A stretch of DNA of 64,000 bases, from IMG/VR virus record IMGVR_UViG_3300025636_000001, positions 1-64,000 of that record; one strand, given 5' to 3'. The stretch is from a virus. Below are positions 1-9,802 of the stretch, one piece after another. Under the pieces are notes generated by a model, which was not told the DNA's origin, searched no databases, and was given only the letters and a program-made list of their open reading frames with translations. The translations under genes and the position numbers were made by a program. The number at the start of each line of letters is the position of its first letter. Within the stretch, counting starts at the first letter, position 1.

Positions 1-1
1 T

Positions 2-121
2 GAACTAACACCTGATTTTAAATGGTCTGGTTGGAGTTTTGAAATAATGATTACTTCCGAGAATGGAATTTCATACAATATGAAGAAAGATAACATATAT
101 TTTATAAATAAAGATGAATAA
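2..121 (+). CDS. Partial hypothetical protein (3' end)
   Basis: Frame is open from the window edge (ELTPDFKWSGWSF...DE*), and its TAA abuts the next ATG at 122. Confidence 0.5.
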   Translation, partial: ELTPDFKWSGWSFEIMITSENGISYNMKKDNIYFINKDE

Positions 122-358
122 ATGAAAGCAATATTAGAATTCAATTTACCGGAAGATCAAACCGAATTTGAAATGGCCAATGATGCATCTAAAATGTTTA
201 ATACATTATGGGAGATGAAACAATGGTTGAGATTACAGGTTAAGTATGCACCAGATGATATGAGCCAAGATGCTTATGATGCATTTGAAAAGTGTAAACA
301 TAAACTAAATGAATTACTAATTGATAACAATTTAGATTTAGATATATTAAATTATTAA
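122..358 (+). CDS. Hypothetical phage protein
   Basis: 78-aa ORF, co-oriented and tightly packed. Confidence 0.7.
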   Translation: MKAILEFNLPEDQTEFEMANDASKMFNTLWEMKQWLRLQVKYAPDDMSQDAYDAFEKCKHKLNELLIDNNLDLDILNY

Positions 359-376
359 AACTATTAAAATTTTAAA

Positions 377-1474
377 ATGACAAATAGAGAAATAGTACAA
401 AGAGATGCATTGGCAATAGCAGTGCAACATAATAGATGTGGTTTAGGTATATCTATGGGTGTAGGTAAAACAAGAATTGCAATACAGCATTTCTTAAAGA
501 ACTATGATCCATTTGTTAAGGCACTGGTTGTTATACCAAAACTATCAATCAAAGAGTCTTGGCTATCTGAATTAAAAAAGATGGAACTTGAACGTTTAGC
601 AGATCATTTAACCTTTACAACTTATTTATCTATTAATAAACAGAATCCTATGGAATACCAGCTTCTTTATTTAGATGAATGTCATAGTTTATTAAATAAC
701 CATAGAAGTTTTTTATCAGCATTTTCTGGTAACATACTTGGTTTAACAGGTACACCACCAGTACGTAAAGGAACAGAGAAGTATGCAATGGTTGCAGAGT
801 TTTGCCCAATTAAATACACCTTTACTGTTGATGATGCTACAGATAGTAATATCTTAAATGATTATCAGATTATAGTTCATGAGTTACTTTTAGCTAAAAC
901 ACCTACACACAAGAAGAAAAATAAGAAAGGTGGATTCTGGTATACATCAGAATATAAAGATTATATGTATGTAAACAAAAGATTTGAAGAGGCTATAACG
1001 CCAAAACAACAACAGTTTGCTTCTATCATGAGAATGAGGGCTTTAATGGACTATAACACTAAAGAAAAATATGTAAAGTCTATATTAGCAAACATCAGTT
1101 CTAAGTGTATTGTATTTGCAAACACTCAAGATCAAGCTGATAGAATATGTAAACACAGTTATCATTCTAATAATCCAAATTCAGAAGATAATTTTGAGTT
1201 ATTTAGTGATGGACGTATAAATAATATGTCTTGTGTACTACAGCTTAGTGAAGGTGTTACTATACCAAAGCTTAAGCAAGGTATTATAATGCATGCATAC
1301 GGTAATGAAAGAAAAACATCTCAGAGAATTGGCCGTCTATTAAGACTTAATCCGTCAGAAAAAGCAACCTGTCATATACTATGTTATAAAGGAACAGCTG
1401 ATGAAAGATGGGTAAAAAATGCTCTTAAGAGTTTTGATGAAAAGAAAATTAAATATTATAATCCATTAGATTAA
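377..1474 (+). CDS. Superfamily 2 (DExH-box) helicase
   Basis: Motif I MGVGKT, motif II LDECH, motif III LTGT, motif VI QRIGRLLR. Confidence 0.92.
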   Translation: MTNREIVQRDALAIAVQHNRCGLGISMGVGKTRIAIQHFLKNYDPFVKALVVIPKLSIKESWLSELKKMELERLADHLTFTTYLSINKQNPMEYQLLYLDECHSLLNNHRSFLSAFSGNILGLTGTPPVRKGTEKYAMVAEFCPIKYTFTVDDATDSNILNDYQIIVHELLLAKTPTHKKKNKKGGFWYTSEYKDYMYVNKRFEEAITPKQQQFASIMRMRALMDYNTKEKYVKSILANISSKCIVFANTQDQADRICKHSYHSNNPNSEDNFELFSDGRINNMSCVLQLSEGVTIPKLKQGIIMHAYGNERKTSQRIGRLLRLNPSEKATCHILCYKGTADERWVKNALKSFDEKKIKYYNPLD

Positions 1475-1477
1475 GTT

Positions 1478-1711
1478 ATGGGAAAAATGAAAGAAATATT
1501 TATGCAGCAAATACAAGAACAGTATGGCTCATATGATAAATACATAGAAGAAGAAAATAAGAATGCAGCTAGACAATGGATACACTTAGATGAACATCCT
1601 TGTCCTAACTGTAATAATACAACACTACACCAAGATGAAGAGTTAGACATAAACTGTGATGTTTGTGGTCAAAACTTTATACAAATTGATAATGCTTTAA
1701 GATTTAAATAA
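1478..1711 (+). CDS. Small Zn-ribbon protein
   Basis: CPNC...CDVC cysteine pairs. Confidence 0.65.
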   Translation: MGKMKEIFMQQIQEQYGSYDKYIEEENKNAARQWIHLDEHPCPNCNNTTLHQDEELDINCDVCGQNFIQIDNALRFK

Positions 1712-1995
1712 TGGGACTATATACACATACAATTGCAACAGGAGATAGTGAGATTTATCTTGATATTGAATATTCTTATGAAGCAGGTGAGCCTGATGAG
1801 TATTATGATCAACATGGTAATCCAGGAACACCAGGTTATCCTTCATCAGTTGAGTTAACACATGTTTGGTATACATTGAAAGATTATAACAAAAATACAG
1901 TTACAGTAGATATACTCCCAGTGTTTGATATAATACTAGAAGGTGATATATATAATCTTGAAGAAGAAATATTAGATTATCATGAAAACAAATAA
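1711..1995 (+). CDS. Hypothetical acidic phage protein
   Basis: ORF coupled to the previous gene (TAATG). Confidence 0.65.
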   Translation: MGLYTHTIATGDSEIYLDIEYSYEAGEPDEYYDQHGNPGTPGYPSSVELTHVWYTLKDYNKNTVTVDILPVFDIILEGDIYNLEEEILDYHENK

Positions 1996-2224
1996 AGTAG
2001 AAAAACATGTATATAAAAAGAATGATATAATTATTGAATATTTACTAGATGCTTCAAAAAATTCTAATCAAACTAAATATAAATATACTATATGTATAGA
2101 GGATATTTTATTAACAGATGGTTATGAAAAAGAAAGTATTTTTTATAAAATGAGTGAAAATGATACATTAGATTATGTTTGTATGCTTATGAAACATCAT
2201 GAATCACAAAATATCAATATATAA
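1982..2224 (+). CDS. Hypothetical protein
   Basis: 80-aa ORF filling the gap between co-oriented genes. Confidence 0.5.
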   Translation: MKTNKVEKHVYKKNDIIIEYLLDASKNSNQTKYKYTICIEDILLTDGYEKESIFYKMSENDTLDYVCMLMKHHESQNINI

Positions 2225-2228
2225 AAAA

Positions 2229-2615
2229 ATGAAAAATCATATATATCTAAACGCAGAAATTAAAGGAGGTAAAATTATTTACCCTATAAAAGCAAATGAA
2301 TCTAGAATTAATAACTTTTTAGCCAATGCACCAGAAGGTGCAAAGGTTGAGATGTTCATTAGTGTATCTGATGAAGTTAAAGGTAGTAATGCACAACTGG
2401 CAAGAATACATGTTATGTGTAGAGAAATAGCAAATGAGATTGGTTATACATTTAATGAGGTTAAGCTAAATGTAAAAAGACAGGCAGGACTTTGTTTTAT
2501 GAGAGATAATTCAGAGTACTGCAAGTCTTTTGGTAAGTGTGATAAAGATGAATTAAATTTAGCTATACAAGCATGTATAGAAATAGGAGATTTTAGTAAT
2601 ATGAATTTAAGATAA
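2229..2615 (+). CDS. NinB/YbcN-like recombination accessory protein (tentative)
   Basis: SNAQLARIHVMCREIANEIG resembles the NinB-type S-x-x-Q...H...IA motif; start moved to the ATG at 2229. Confidence 0.45.
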   Translation: MKNHIYLNAEIKGGKIIYPIKANESRINNFLANAPEGAKVEMFISVSDEVKGSNAQLARIHVMCREIANEIGYTFNEVKLNVKRQAGLCFMRDNSEYCKSFGKCDKDELNLAIQACIEIGDFSNMNLR

Positions 2616-3026
2616 TTTAGGTTTTATTAATTTTTGTATTTCTTGTAGTTTTTTATCTGCAGCTTTTGAATCATCATCCATTAAAGCTGTCATATAAGCA
2701 GTCAAATCTTCTTTAGTAATTTTACTATCTACTTCAATTTCTAAATTTTGTTCTTTAGCTTTTGCTTTTAATAATTGTTGAAGAGCAAATAAAGTATATA
2801 TTTGACTTTCTATTTTATCTAATTTTACTTTTTCTGGTTCGTCACCTGTAATTATTTTTTCAAACTTTTTAAAAGTCTCTGGTAAAGTAGTTGCATCTTT
2901 AACAATGTTAGTTATATAAAACATCAGTATATCATTAAGACCTAATATAAAACCGGTATTAATTTCAATATCTTTAATGTTTTTGGTAAAATCGTATGTA
3001 TTAGTTGTTTTTACAAAATCTTCCAT
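2607..3026 (-). CDS. Hypothetical protein, lone minus-strand gene in the replication block
   Basis: 139-aa ORF with no competing plus-strand ORF; upstream TTGTATATTA motif. Confidence 0.75.
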   Translation of the reverse strand: MEDFVKTTNTYDFTKNIKDIEINTGFILGLNDILMFYITNIVKDATTLPETFKKFEKIITGDEPEKVKLDKIESQIYTLFALQQLLKAKAKEQNLEIEVDSKITKEDLTAYMTALMDDDSKAADKKLQEIQKLIKPKLS

Positions 3027-3037
3027 AATGTTTCATT

Positions 3038-3047
3038 TAATATACAA
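3038..3047 (-). promoter_or_regulatory. TTGTATATTA candidate phage promoter motif
   Basis: The same 10-mer lies upstream of transcription-unit starts at 32238-32247 (-) and 35343-35352 (+). Confidence 0.4.
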
Positions 3048-3059
3048 ATATAGTAAAAT

Positions 3060-3761
3060 ATGCATCAACAAACAATCAATATGCCTGAAAAGATAGGTAA
3101 ATTAAAATTAAAACTAGAAAATTCAGGTTGGGAAAATATAATATATCCTTACTTGGATTCAGAAAGTTTTTACACTACTCTTAATAAACTTGCAGGTATG
3201 GTGCAAAATGGCACCAGATTTACACCACCAATGAAAGATTGGTTTAAAACTTTTACAAAGTGTCCTTATAAGGAAACAAAAGTTGTATTTATTGGACAAG
3301 ATCCATATCCTCAACTTGGTGTTGCTGATGGTATATCTTTTAGTTGTAGTAATACAATGAAAGAACAACCTTCATTAAGACATATATTTAATTCATTAGA
3401 GAAACAGTATCCAGGTTATGAAAGAAATCCTGATTTGACTAGATGGTCAGAACAAGGTGTGCTTATGCTTAATACTGCTTTAACAGTAGAAATTAATAAA
3501 ATAGGTTCACACTATTCATTATGGCATTCATTTACAACACAACTACTTACTGGAATGAATAATTATCCTTCTAAGCTTGTTGTTGTATTACTTGGTAAGA
3601 AAGCTCAAGAATGGCAAAAATTATTACTTAATCATATTGTAATTCAAGTAGAACATCCAGCAGCTGCTGCTTATAAAGGCGGTGTATGGAATGATAAAGA
3701 TTTATTTCTAACAATAAACAAAATACTTAATGATCAGGGAAAGTCCTTGATAAATTGGTAA
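3060..3761 (+). CDS. ung: Uracil-DNA glycosylase, family 1
   Basis: GQDPYP water-activating loop, ADGISFS, QGVLMLNTALTV, HPAA (variant of HPSP). Confidence 0.93.
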   Translation: MHQQTINMPEKIGKLKLKLENSGWENIIYPYLDSESFYTTLNKLAGMVQNGTRFTPPMKDWFKTFTKCPYKETKVVFIGQDPYPQLGVADGISFSCSNTMKEQPSLRHIFNSLEKQYPGYERNPDLTRWSEQGVLMLNTALTVEINKIGSHYSLWHSFTTQLLTGMNNYPSKLVVVLLGKKAQEWQKLLLNHIVIQVEHPAAAAYKGGVWNDKDLFLTINKILNDQGKSLINW

Positions 3762-3777
3762 AAATTTCTTAACTTTG
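3747..3777 (+). promoter_or_regulatory. Bacteroidota sigma-A-like promoter (-33 TTG / -7 TAACTTTG)
   Basis: TAnnTTTG at 3770-3777 with TTG 20 nt upstream, just before the DnaA-domain gene. Confidence 0.5.
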
Positions 3778-3798
3778 TTAAGACCCAAAATAAGTTAA

Positions 3799-4320
3799 AT
3801 GACTGAAAATCAACATAATAATATTCTAAAAGATATACATGCTTTCAGAATAAAGCTGTATAATGAATATGGCGTAGATATACATTTATTTGTAAAAAAC
3901 AAAGATTATAGAGTTAGTCTTGAAGTGTTAGAGAAAATGTGTATTGCTACATTACATGAGCAGTACCCAAGTTTTATTCATACTAAAAGTTTGAAAGATA
4001 GAACACGCATTAAGCCAATAACAATGCTTAGACAAATTTTCTTTTACATAGCTGTAGAAAGGTTTGGTTATGGTAAATCAGAATCAGGTAAGTATATGAA
4101 AAGAGACCATGCTACATGCATACATTCAATTAAAGTTTGTGAAGACTACATGTATGTTGGTTACTCTGAATTCAATAAATGTATAGAATCAGTGCAAAAT
4201 AAAATAAACCAATATGTGGGAAATATTTCAGAAAATAACAAAGGAGAAGATAACTCCAAATCAAATGCTTCTATTGTACAGCGTGAAGGAAAAGACATCA
4301 GTACCGTTACTGAAATCTAA
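3799..4320 (+). CDS. DnaA C-terminal (domain IV) HTH DNA-binding protein
   Basis: RQIFFYIA...SESGKYMKRDHATCIHSIK matches the DnaA domain IV signature (RQ..MYL...IG..F.RDHTTV.HA); no AAA+ domain. Confidence 0.75.
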   Translation: MTENQHNNILKDIHAFRIKLYNEYGVDIHLFVKNKDYRVSLEVLEKMCIATLHEQYPSFIHTKSLKDRTRIKPITMLRQIFFYIAVERFGYGKSESGKYMKRDHATCIHSIKVCEDYMYVGYSEFNKCIESVQNKINQYVGNISENNKGEDNSKSNASIVQREGKDISTVTEI

Positions 4321-4807
4321 AGATGAATTACCTGCACTATTAGAAGAAGGATTTCTTATTAAAGAGGAATCATCATACAAGCTTACAAATAAAGCTAAAA
4401 AACTAATTACAAAATTAGATGGCTATTTTATTAAAGCCAAGAAGAAAACCAACATTGAATTGATGGGTAAAGATCTTAATGATAAATTGGATATATATAG
4501 AAATATATTTCCACCTGGAAGATTACCTTCAGGAATGCCATCAAGACAAAATGTAAAAGCTCTTTCTGAGTCTTTTAGATGGTTTTTTGAAACTTATGAT
4601 TATACTTGGGATGAAATACTTGATGCAACACGTATGTATGTAAATGAGTATAGAGAGACTAACTACATGTATATGGTTACAAGTCAGTACTTTATAGCAA
4701 AACAAGACAAACATAAGGTAAAACACAGTAAACTAGCAGATTACTGTGATATGATTAAAGACGGTGTAAAAACAGAGACTCATCATTTTAAAGAAAAAGT
4801 AGTATAA
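4214..4807 (+). CDS. Putative replication protein (winged-helix-like N-terminus) upstream of DnaB
   Basis: 197-aa ORF; L..L.EEGFL...YKLT.KA wHTH-like pattern; position next to DnaB. Confidence 0.5.
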   Translation: MWEIFQKITKEKITPNQMLLLYSVKEKTSVPLLKSKDELPALLEEGFLIKEESSYKLTNKAKKLITKLDGYFIKAKKKTNIELMGKDLNDKLDIYRNIFPPGRLPSGMPSRQNVKALSESFRWFFETYDYTWDEILDATRMYVNEYRETNYMYMVTSQYFIAKQDKHKVKHSKLADYCDMIKDGVKTETHHFKEKVV

Positions 4808-4965
4808 TGACATCAGATAAAATAACAGAAGTATTACATAAGTTAAACCAGATACTAGAAGATTTTCAAATGCTTAGAGATGGAACATGGGTTCCGGATG
4901 AAGCTTCTTGTGAAGCAAGTATAGAAAATGTTGAGAGTATCATATACACAATAGAAAATGAGTAA
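4807..4965 (+). CDS. Small hypothetical protein (52 aa, not in the ORF track)
   Basis: MTSDKITEVLHKLNQILEDFQMLRDGTWVPDEASC...; TAATG coupling upstream, overlaps the DnaB start. Confidence 0.6.
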   Translation: MTSDKITEVLHKLNQILEDFQMLRDGTWVPDEASCEASIENVESIIYTIENE

Positions 4966-5917
4966 ACCAACAGAAGGATGGGCGGGTCAATATGCTGCAT
5001 TTAATGATGCACTTAAATATATGGTCAAGCGTGCAAACGGTGAAGAAAAATCTATTTACACTCCATGGCCTAAATTTAATGACGCCACTACTGATGGTTT
5101 AGAATGGAACACTCTTACTGTAATTGGTGGAAGACCTGGTTCAGGTAAAACATTGATTAAAGATCAGATTATAAGAGAATCTTTTGAATTAAATTCTGAA
5201 GATGATTTTAGAGTCTTAGAGTTTCAGTTTGAAATGGTTGGTAGAACCTCAGCATTGCGTGAGTTTAGTTCTATAACTGGTAAGACATATAAAGAATTAT
5301 GTAGTGCTGGTAGTGTATTAACAACAGATGTATTAAACAAGTGTCATCAGTATGCTAAAGAACGTGTAAAATATCCTGTTGATATAGTCTCAAGACCTAT
5401 GACTGTTAATCAAATGAGAGAACAGATTGATATGTATATGAATATACATAAAGGTAAAAAGACTATAATCACACTGGATCACACTATGCTTGTTAAGAGA
5501 GCACCATATCAAAATAGTAGTTTAGATATGCTATTTGAATTAGGTGAGTTCTTTACACAAACAAAACGTGAGTATCCATGTTTGTTTATTGCTTTATCAC
5601 AGCTTAATAGAAACATTGATAACCCAGAACGTGCACAACAAGGTAAGTATGGTAATTATATTCTTGAATCAGATTTGTTTGGTTCAGATGCTATGCTTCA
5701 ACATGCTGATACTTTAATAGGTATTAATAGACCAGCTAAACAGAAAATTAGATTGTATGGACCAGACAGGTATATTATAGAAGATGATAGAACATTAGTA
5801 CTACACTTCTTAAAAGCCCGTAATGGTGATACAAGAATGAGTTTCTTTAAAGCAATGTTTGAAAAAATGGAAATAGCTGAAATGCCAACACCAGCACAAG
5901 AAGCATTAAGAATGTAA
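4958..5917 (+). CDS. dnaB: DnaB-like replicative helicase (SF4)
   Basis: Walker A GGRPGSGKT, FQFEM, LDH, LSQLNR, SDLFGSDAMLQHAD, KARNG. Confidence 0.9.
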   Translation: MSKPTEGWAGQYAAFNDALKYMVKRANGEEKSIYTPWPKFNDATTDGLEWNTLTVIGGRPGSGKTLIKDQIIRESFELNSEDDFRVLEFQFEMVGRTSALREFSSITGKTYKELCSAGSVLTTDVLNKCHQYAKERVKYPVDIVSRPMTVNQMREQIDMYMNIHKGKKTIITLDHTMLVKRAPYQNSSLDMLFELGEFFTQTKREYPCLFIALSQLNRNIDNPERAQQGKYGNYILESDLFGSDAMLQHADTLIGINRPAKQKIRLYGPDRYIIEDDRTLVLHFLKARNGDTRMSFFKAMFEKMEIAEMPTPAQEALRM

Positions 5918-5945
5918 AATTGAAAATTTAATAAGGAATGAAAAA

Positions 5946-6452
5946 ATGACTCCAGAACAAAGAAAACAAAAAGTAAAAGAACTAAGAGAACAGCATGAAA
6001 ACTATTTCAATATGAATGAGTTATCAAATGCTGCTTATATTCCCAAAATGGCTTATAGACCATCAGGAAAGGATGAACTACATGTTAGTTTTTTCCCAAG
6101 TGAGCTAGAAAGAAACAAAGATATTTACACAGAATTTGTAAGTATTGATTATGACTCAGAAGATCCTAAGAGAACTTTATATTTACATAAATATAATCCT
6201 CACTGGAAAGAAGAATATGAGTTAGTAGAAAGCAATAGTGGTTTTCAAAGACACTTAATTCCTGTTTCTGAACTTAAAGTTGTAAGTGATGTAGTTTCTA
6301 AACAAGGAAAAAATACTATCTTTGATAACTTACTGGAACAAATGGAAGATCTTCCAAATCCAGATGAAGCAGTACCAATGAATGGTATTGTTAAAGCACT
6401 AAACAGAATTGCAGATAGTTTAAGTAAAATAGAAAAGAAAATAAATAGTTAA
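5946..6452 (+). CDS. Hypothetical protein
   Basis: 168-aa ORF in the replication operon. Confidence 0.7.
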   Translation: MTPEQRKQKVKELREQHENYFNMNELSNAAYIPKMAYRPSGKDELHVSFFPSELERNKDIYTEFVSIDYDSEDPKRTLYLHKYNPHWKEEYELVESNSGFQRHLIPVSELKVVSDVVSKQGKNTIFDNLLEQMEDLPNPDEAVPMNGIVKALNRIADSLSKIEKKINS

Positions 6453-6454
6453 GT

Positions 6455-7138
6455 ATGGCACAAAGTGTTTTAGTAATTGCTGAGTCAGGCTCAGGTAAAT
6501 CAACCTCAATTAGGAATTTAGATCCTAAAGAAACAGTTATTATAAATATTGCTAATAAACCCTTACCTTTTAAAGGGTGGAAAAGTAAATATACTCCTTT
6601 GGATAAATCAAATCCAGATGGTAATTTGATCAGTGTATCAAGCGGCCCAGGAGTTTATAAAGCTATGCAGCATGTAAGTGATAAAATGCCTCACATCAAA
6701 AACTTAGTAATTGATGACTGGCAATACATGTCAAGTTTTGAGTACTTTGATAAAGCTAATGAAAAAGGCTATGATAAGTTTACTCAGATTGCTGCAAATC
6801 TTGCTCAAGTTGCAAAGCTTCCTAAAGACTTGAGAGAAGATCTTTATGTATTCTTCTTGACCCACGCTGAAGAATCAACGGATATCAATGGTAACCGTAA
6901 AGTAAAAGCAAAAACTGTGGGTAAAATGATTGACAATGCACTTACACTAGAGGGTTTATTCTCTATTGTATTGTTTGGCAAAGTCCGTAAAGAAGATGAT
7001 GGTAGTTTACACTATGGTTTTGAAACACAAAACAATGGAGAAAATACCTGTAAATCACCAATGGATATGTTTGAAGATGATTTTGTTCCAAATGATCTTC
7101 AGTATGTCAGAGAGGCTATTACAGCCTATGAAAATTAA
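6455..7138 (+). CDS. P-loop ATPase (AAA_24/Sak4-like)
   Basis: AESGSGKSTS Walker A, LVIDD Walker B, FLTH, KSP; adjacent to an SSB-like gene. Confidence 0.8.
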   Translation: MAQSVLVIAESGSGKSTSIRNLDPKETVIINIANKPLPFKGWKSKYTPLDKSNPDGNLISVSSGPGVYKAMQHVSDKMPHIKNLVIDDWQYMSSFEYFDKANEKGYDKFTQIAANLAQVAKLPKDLREDLYVFFLTHAEESTDINGNRKVKAKTVGKMIDNALTLEGLFSIVLFGKVRKEDDGSLHYGFETQNNGENTCKSPMDMFEDDFVPNDLQYVREAITAYEN

Positions 7139-7170
7139 TAATCAAAGTTAAATTTAAAATCAAAAGAGAA

Positions 7171-7854
7171 ATGTTAAGTACAAAAGACATGTCAGCCGGT
7201 AGCGGCAAAGTAAAACCAGTAATTGATGCAGGTAACCAAGAATTAAAAATTAATTCTATTGTTTTAAACGCTCCACCTTATGATAGCTCTGCATATGATC
7301 TACAAATCAATGTAGAAAGTAGACCAGTAAAAGGAGAGTTTGAAGGTTTCTTACATGATATGAATAATCCAAGTGGACCAAGATATCAAGGTCAAGTTGG
7401 TAGAGTATCATTTCAACGTTATGCATTTGCTGATGCAACATTACCAAGCGGTAGAGAAATCAATCGTGATGCTGAAATTATGAAAGCTTTAATCTTTTTA
7501 GCTGAACAACAAGGTAAACGTGGAGAACTTGATTCAATTCAAGCACAAACAATTGAACAATTTGTTTCATCTGCAAACACTATTTTAAGTGGTGATACTT
7601 ATTACAATTTCTGTATTGCAGGACGTGAGTGGGAAAACAAAGAAGGTTACATCAACCTACAGTTATTCTTACCAAAGCGTAGCAGAAATGGAGTTACTGT
7701 TGAAAGATTAGATGTAGATAACTCTAACTTAGTTGAGTTTAATAGATCTGAGCATATTGTTCCATTAAAGAATAAGTCTACTAACACGGCTTCTACTACA
7801 AGTTCATTTGAACCAGTAGCTGGAACAGTGTCTGGTGATGATTTTGATCTTTAA
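7171..7854 (+). CDS. Putative single-stranded DNA-binding protein
   Basis: Beta-rich core, Ser/Thr linker and acidic-hydrophobic tail (GDDFDL); lies between the ATPase and primase. Confidence 0.6.
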   Translation: MLSTKDMSAGSGKVKPVIDAGNQELKINSIVLNAPPYDSSAYDLQINVESRPVKGEFEGFLHDMNNPSGPRYQGQVGRVSFQRYAFADATLPSGREINRDAEIMKALIFLAEQQGKRGELDSIQAQTIEQFVSSANTILSGDTYYNFCIAGREWENKEGYINLQLFLPKRSRNGVTVERLDVDNSNLVEFNRSEHIVPLKNKSTNTASTTSSFEPVAGTVSGDDFDL

Positions 7855-7871
7855 TCTTTAAAATAATAGGA

Positions 7872-7900
7872 GGGGTGGTTTAGGCTACCCCTTTTTTTTT
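7872..7900 (+). terminator. Rho-independent terminator
   Basis: GGGTGGTT-ta-GGCTACCC hairpin followed by a T9 tract. Confidence 0.8.
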
Positions 7901-7905
7901 ATAAT

Positions 7906-8883
7906 ATGTTTAGTACTAAAAATTTATTAATAAATATAAAAGACATACCAAGTTATTGGGTATTTCAATACTATTTAAATATTCCTGAAAAATTAATAGG
8001 TCAAAATATTAAAATAACATCTATATTTAATCCTGGAGAAAGAACTCCAAGTTTTGCTATTTATGTTGATACTAGAACAAGACAGTATAAATTTAAAGAT
8101 TTTTCTACTGGTATTTCAGGTAATAAAACAGATTTAATTCAAAAAATATTTAATTTAAATTATACTCAAGCTGTTAACAAAATTATTCAAGAATACAATG
8201 AATATGTTAAAAGTGGAAATGTTGAATTAATTACTCTTCAAGCAAATGCTAAATGGAAATTTGAAGGTGCTTGTATAAAAGAATGGGATAGTATTGATGC
8301 TGACTATTGGTTATCATTTAGAATTGGTTCTAAAATTTTAAATGAATATAATGTAAAACCCATTGAATATTTTACTATGGTAAAGGAACAGGATGATAAA
8401 GTAGAAGTTGCAAAGTTTAGAAAACCTATGACATATGGTTACTTTAATAAAGACGGAGATCTTATAAAGTTATATCAACCAAAAGACCCTAAACACAAGT
8501 TTTATAATATTAATCCGTATCTGCAAGGTTATGATCAACTTAAATATAATCAACCCTACTTAGTAATATGTTCATCTTTAAAAGATGCAATGTGTTTAAA
8601 AGGTATGGGTTATAATATAGAAGTGATTGCACCTAATAGTGAAAACACGTTAATCAAACCTTATCTAATTGATAATCTAAAGAAAAAATACAAAAAGGTA
8701 ATCACATTATTTGATAATGATGAGGCGGGTTCAAAAGCAATTAAAGCATATGCAAAAGCCTATAATATTCAAGGATGTGCCTTAACTATATGCAAGGATA
8801 TATCAGACGCTATGAAGTTACATGGTTTTGATAAGGTTCATGCAATGCTAAAGCCATTATTAAAAGAAACATTAAATAAATAA
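7906..8883 (+). CDS. DNA primase (TOPRIM, crAss-like)
   Basis: N-terminal ERTPSF...FKDFSTG, SSLKDAM, TOPRIM LFDNDEAG, KDISD. Confidence 0.85.
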   Translation: MFSTKNLLINIKDIPSYWVFQYYLNIPEKLIGQNIKITSIFNPGERTPSFAIYVDTRTRQYKFKDFSTGISGNKTDLIQKIFNLNYTQAVNKIIQEYNEYVKSGNVELITLQANAKWKFEGACIKEWDSIDADYWLSFRIGSKILNEYNVKPIEYFTMVKEQDDKVEVAKFRKPMTYGYFNKDGDLIKLYQPKDPKHKFYNINPYLQGYDQLKYNQPYLVICSSLKDAMCLKGMGYNIEVIAPNSENTLIKPYLIDNLKKKYKKVITLFDNDEAGSKAIKAYAKAYNIQGCALTICKDISDAMKLHGFDKVHAMLKPLLKETLNK

Positions 8884-8885
8884 AT

Positions 8886-8993
8886 ATGATAGAAGCAATA
8901 GGTTGGCTAACAATAGCCGTAGTAGTAATGATAGTTGGAAAGTTTATAGCTAAAAAGTTATGGCCAGAAGACTGGGATAATGATCCATTTTAA
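8886..8993 (+). CDS. Small membrane protein (35 aa, not in the ORF track)
   Basis: MIEAIGWLTIAVVVMIVGKFIAKKLWPEDWDNDPF; one hydrophobic helix; fills the intergenic gap. Confidence 0.55.
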   Translation: MIEAIGWLTIAVVVMIVGKFIAKKLWPEDWDNDPF

Positions 8994-9015
8994 TAAAAAA
9001 ATAATTTAAAATAGT

Positions 9016-9429
9016 ATGGCAAATAAAAAATGGTTTATACCCGGCAATGTACCAAGCTCAAAAAATGGGCGTAGATGGACAGGTAAGTATTTTATAGCAA
9101 GTAAAACTGTTATGAACTACCGTAAAAATACAAAAGAGTATTTTCAGAAATATGCTCCTGAGTTCCAAGAAGAACTTAAGAAGTATAAACTTCCTGTTAA
9201 AATTGGTTTTACATTTGTTAGAGGTACACGTCATAAGTTTGATTATATAAATCCTGCACAAACAGTGCAAGATGATATGACATCATATGACTGGATAGAA
9301 GATGATAATGCAGATAATATACTACCAGTATTTTATAATTATACATATGATAAAGAAAATCCAGGTGTGTATATAGAGATTTTAGAAGATAATGAATTAA
9401 AAAAAACAAAGGAAAACAATGGAGAATAA
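9016..9429 (+). CDS. RusA-like Holliday junction resolvase
   Basis: GNVPSSKN, FDYINPAQTVQD, IEDDN acidic motifs, GVYIEI. Confidence 0.7.
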   Translation: MANKKWFIPGNVPSSKNGRRWTGKYFIASKTVMNYRKNTKEYFQKYAPEFQEELKKYKLPVKIGFTFVRGTRHKFDYINPAQTVQDDMTSYDWIEDDNADNILPVFYNYTYDKENPGVYIEILEDNELKKTKENNGE

Positions 9430-9802
9430 AAATGAAGAAAAAAATAAAGAAAATCTAAAAAGAGCTCTAACTTTAATGAATTGCAAACACTTAGGTGTAG
9501 TTGAAATTACAATTGAGTTTTCAGGAAGTGGTGATTCTGGAGATATTGATGAGATATACTTCAGAACTGAAAAAGATAGTTATGAATATATTGATATGCC
9601 TAATAAAAAAGCAGAAGAAATAATCAGAGATTTTGCTTGGGATATTATTGCTTCTAAGGTTGATACAGTTGGAGACTGGGTTAATAATGAAGGTGGTTAT
9701 GGTCACATCACAATTGATGTAGAAAATAATACATTTAACTTAAATTATTCTCAGAATATAACTGAAGACTATGACTGGTCTGATGAAATGCTGTTTATAT
9801 AA
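9419..9802 (+). CDS. DUF6878-like protein
   Basis: FSGSGDSG and WVNNEGGYG motifs. Confidence 0.6.
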   Translation: MENKNEEKNKENLKRALTLMNCKHLGVVEITIEFSGSGDSGDIDEIYFRTEKDSYEYIDMPNKKAEEIIRDFAWDIIASKVDTVGDWVNNEGGYGHITIDVENNTFNLNYSQNITEDYDWSDEMLFI

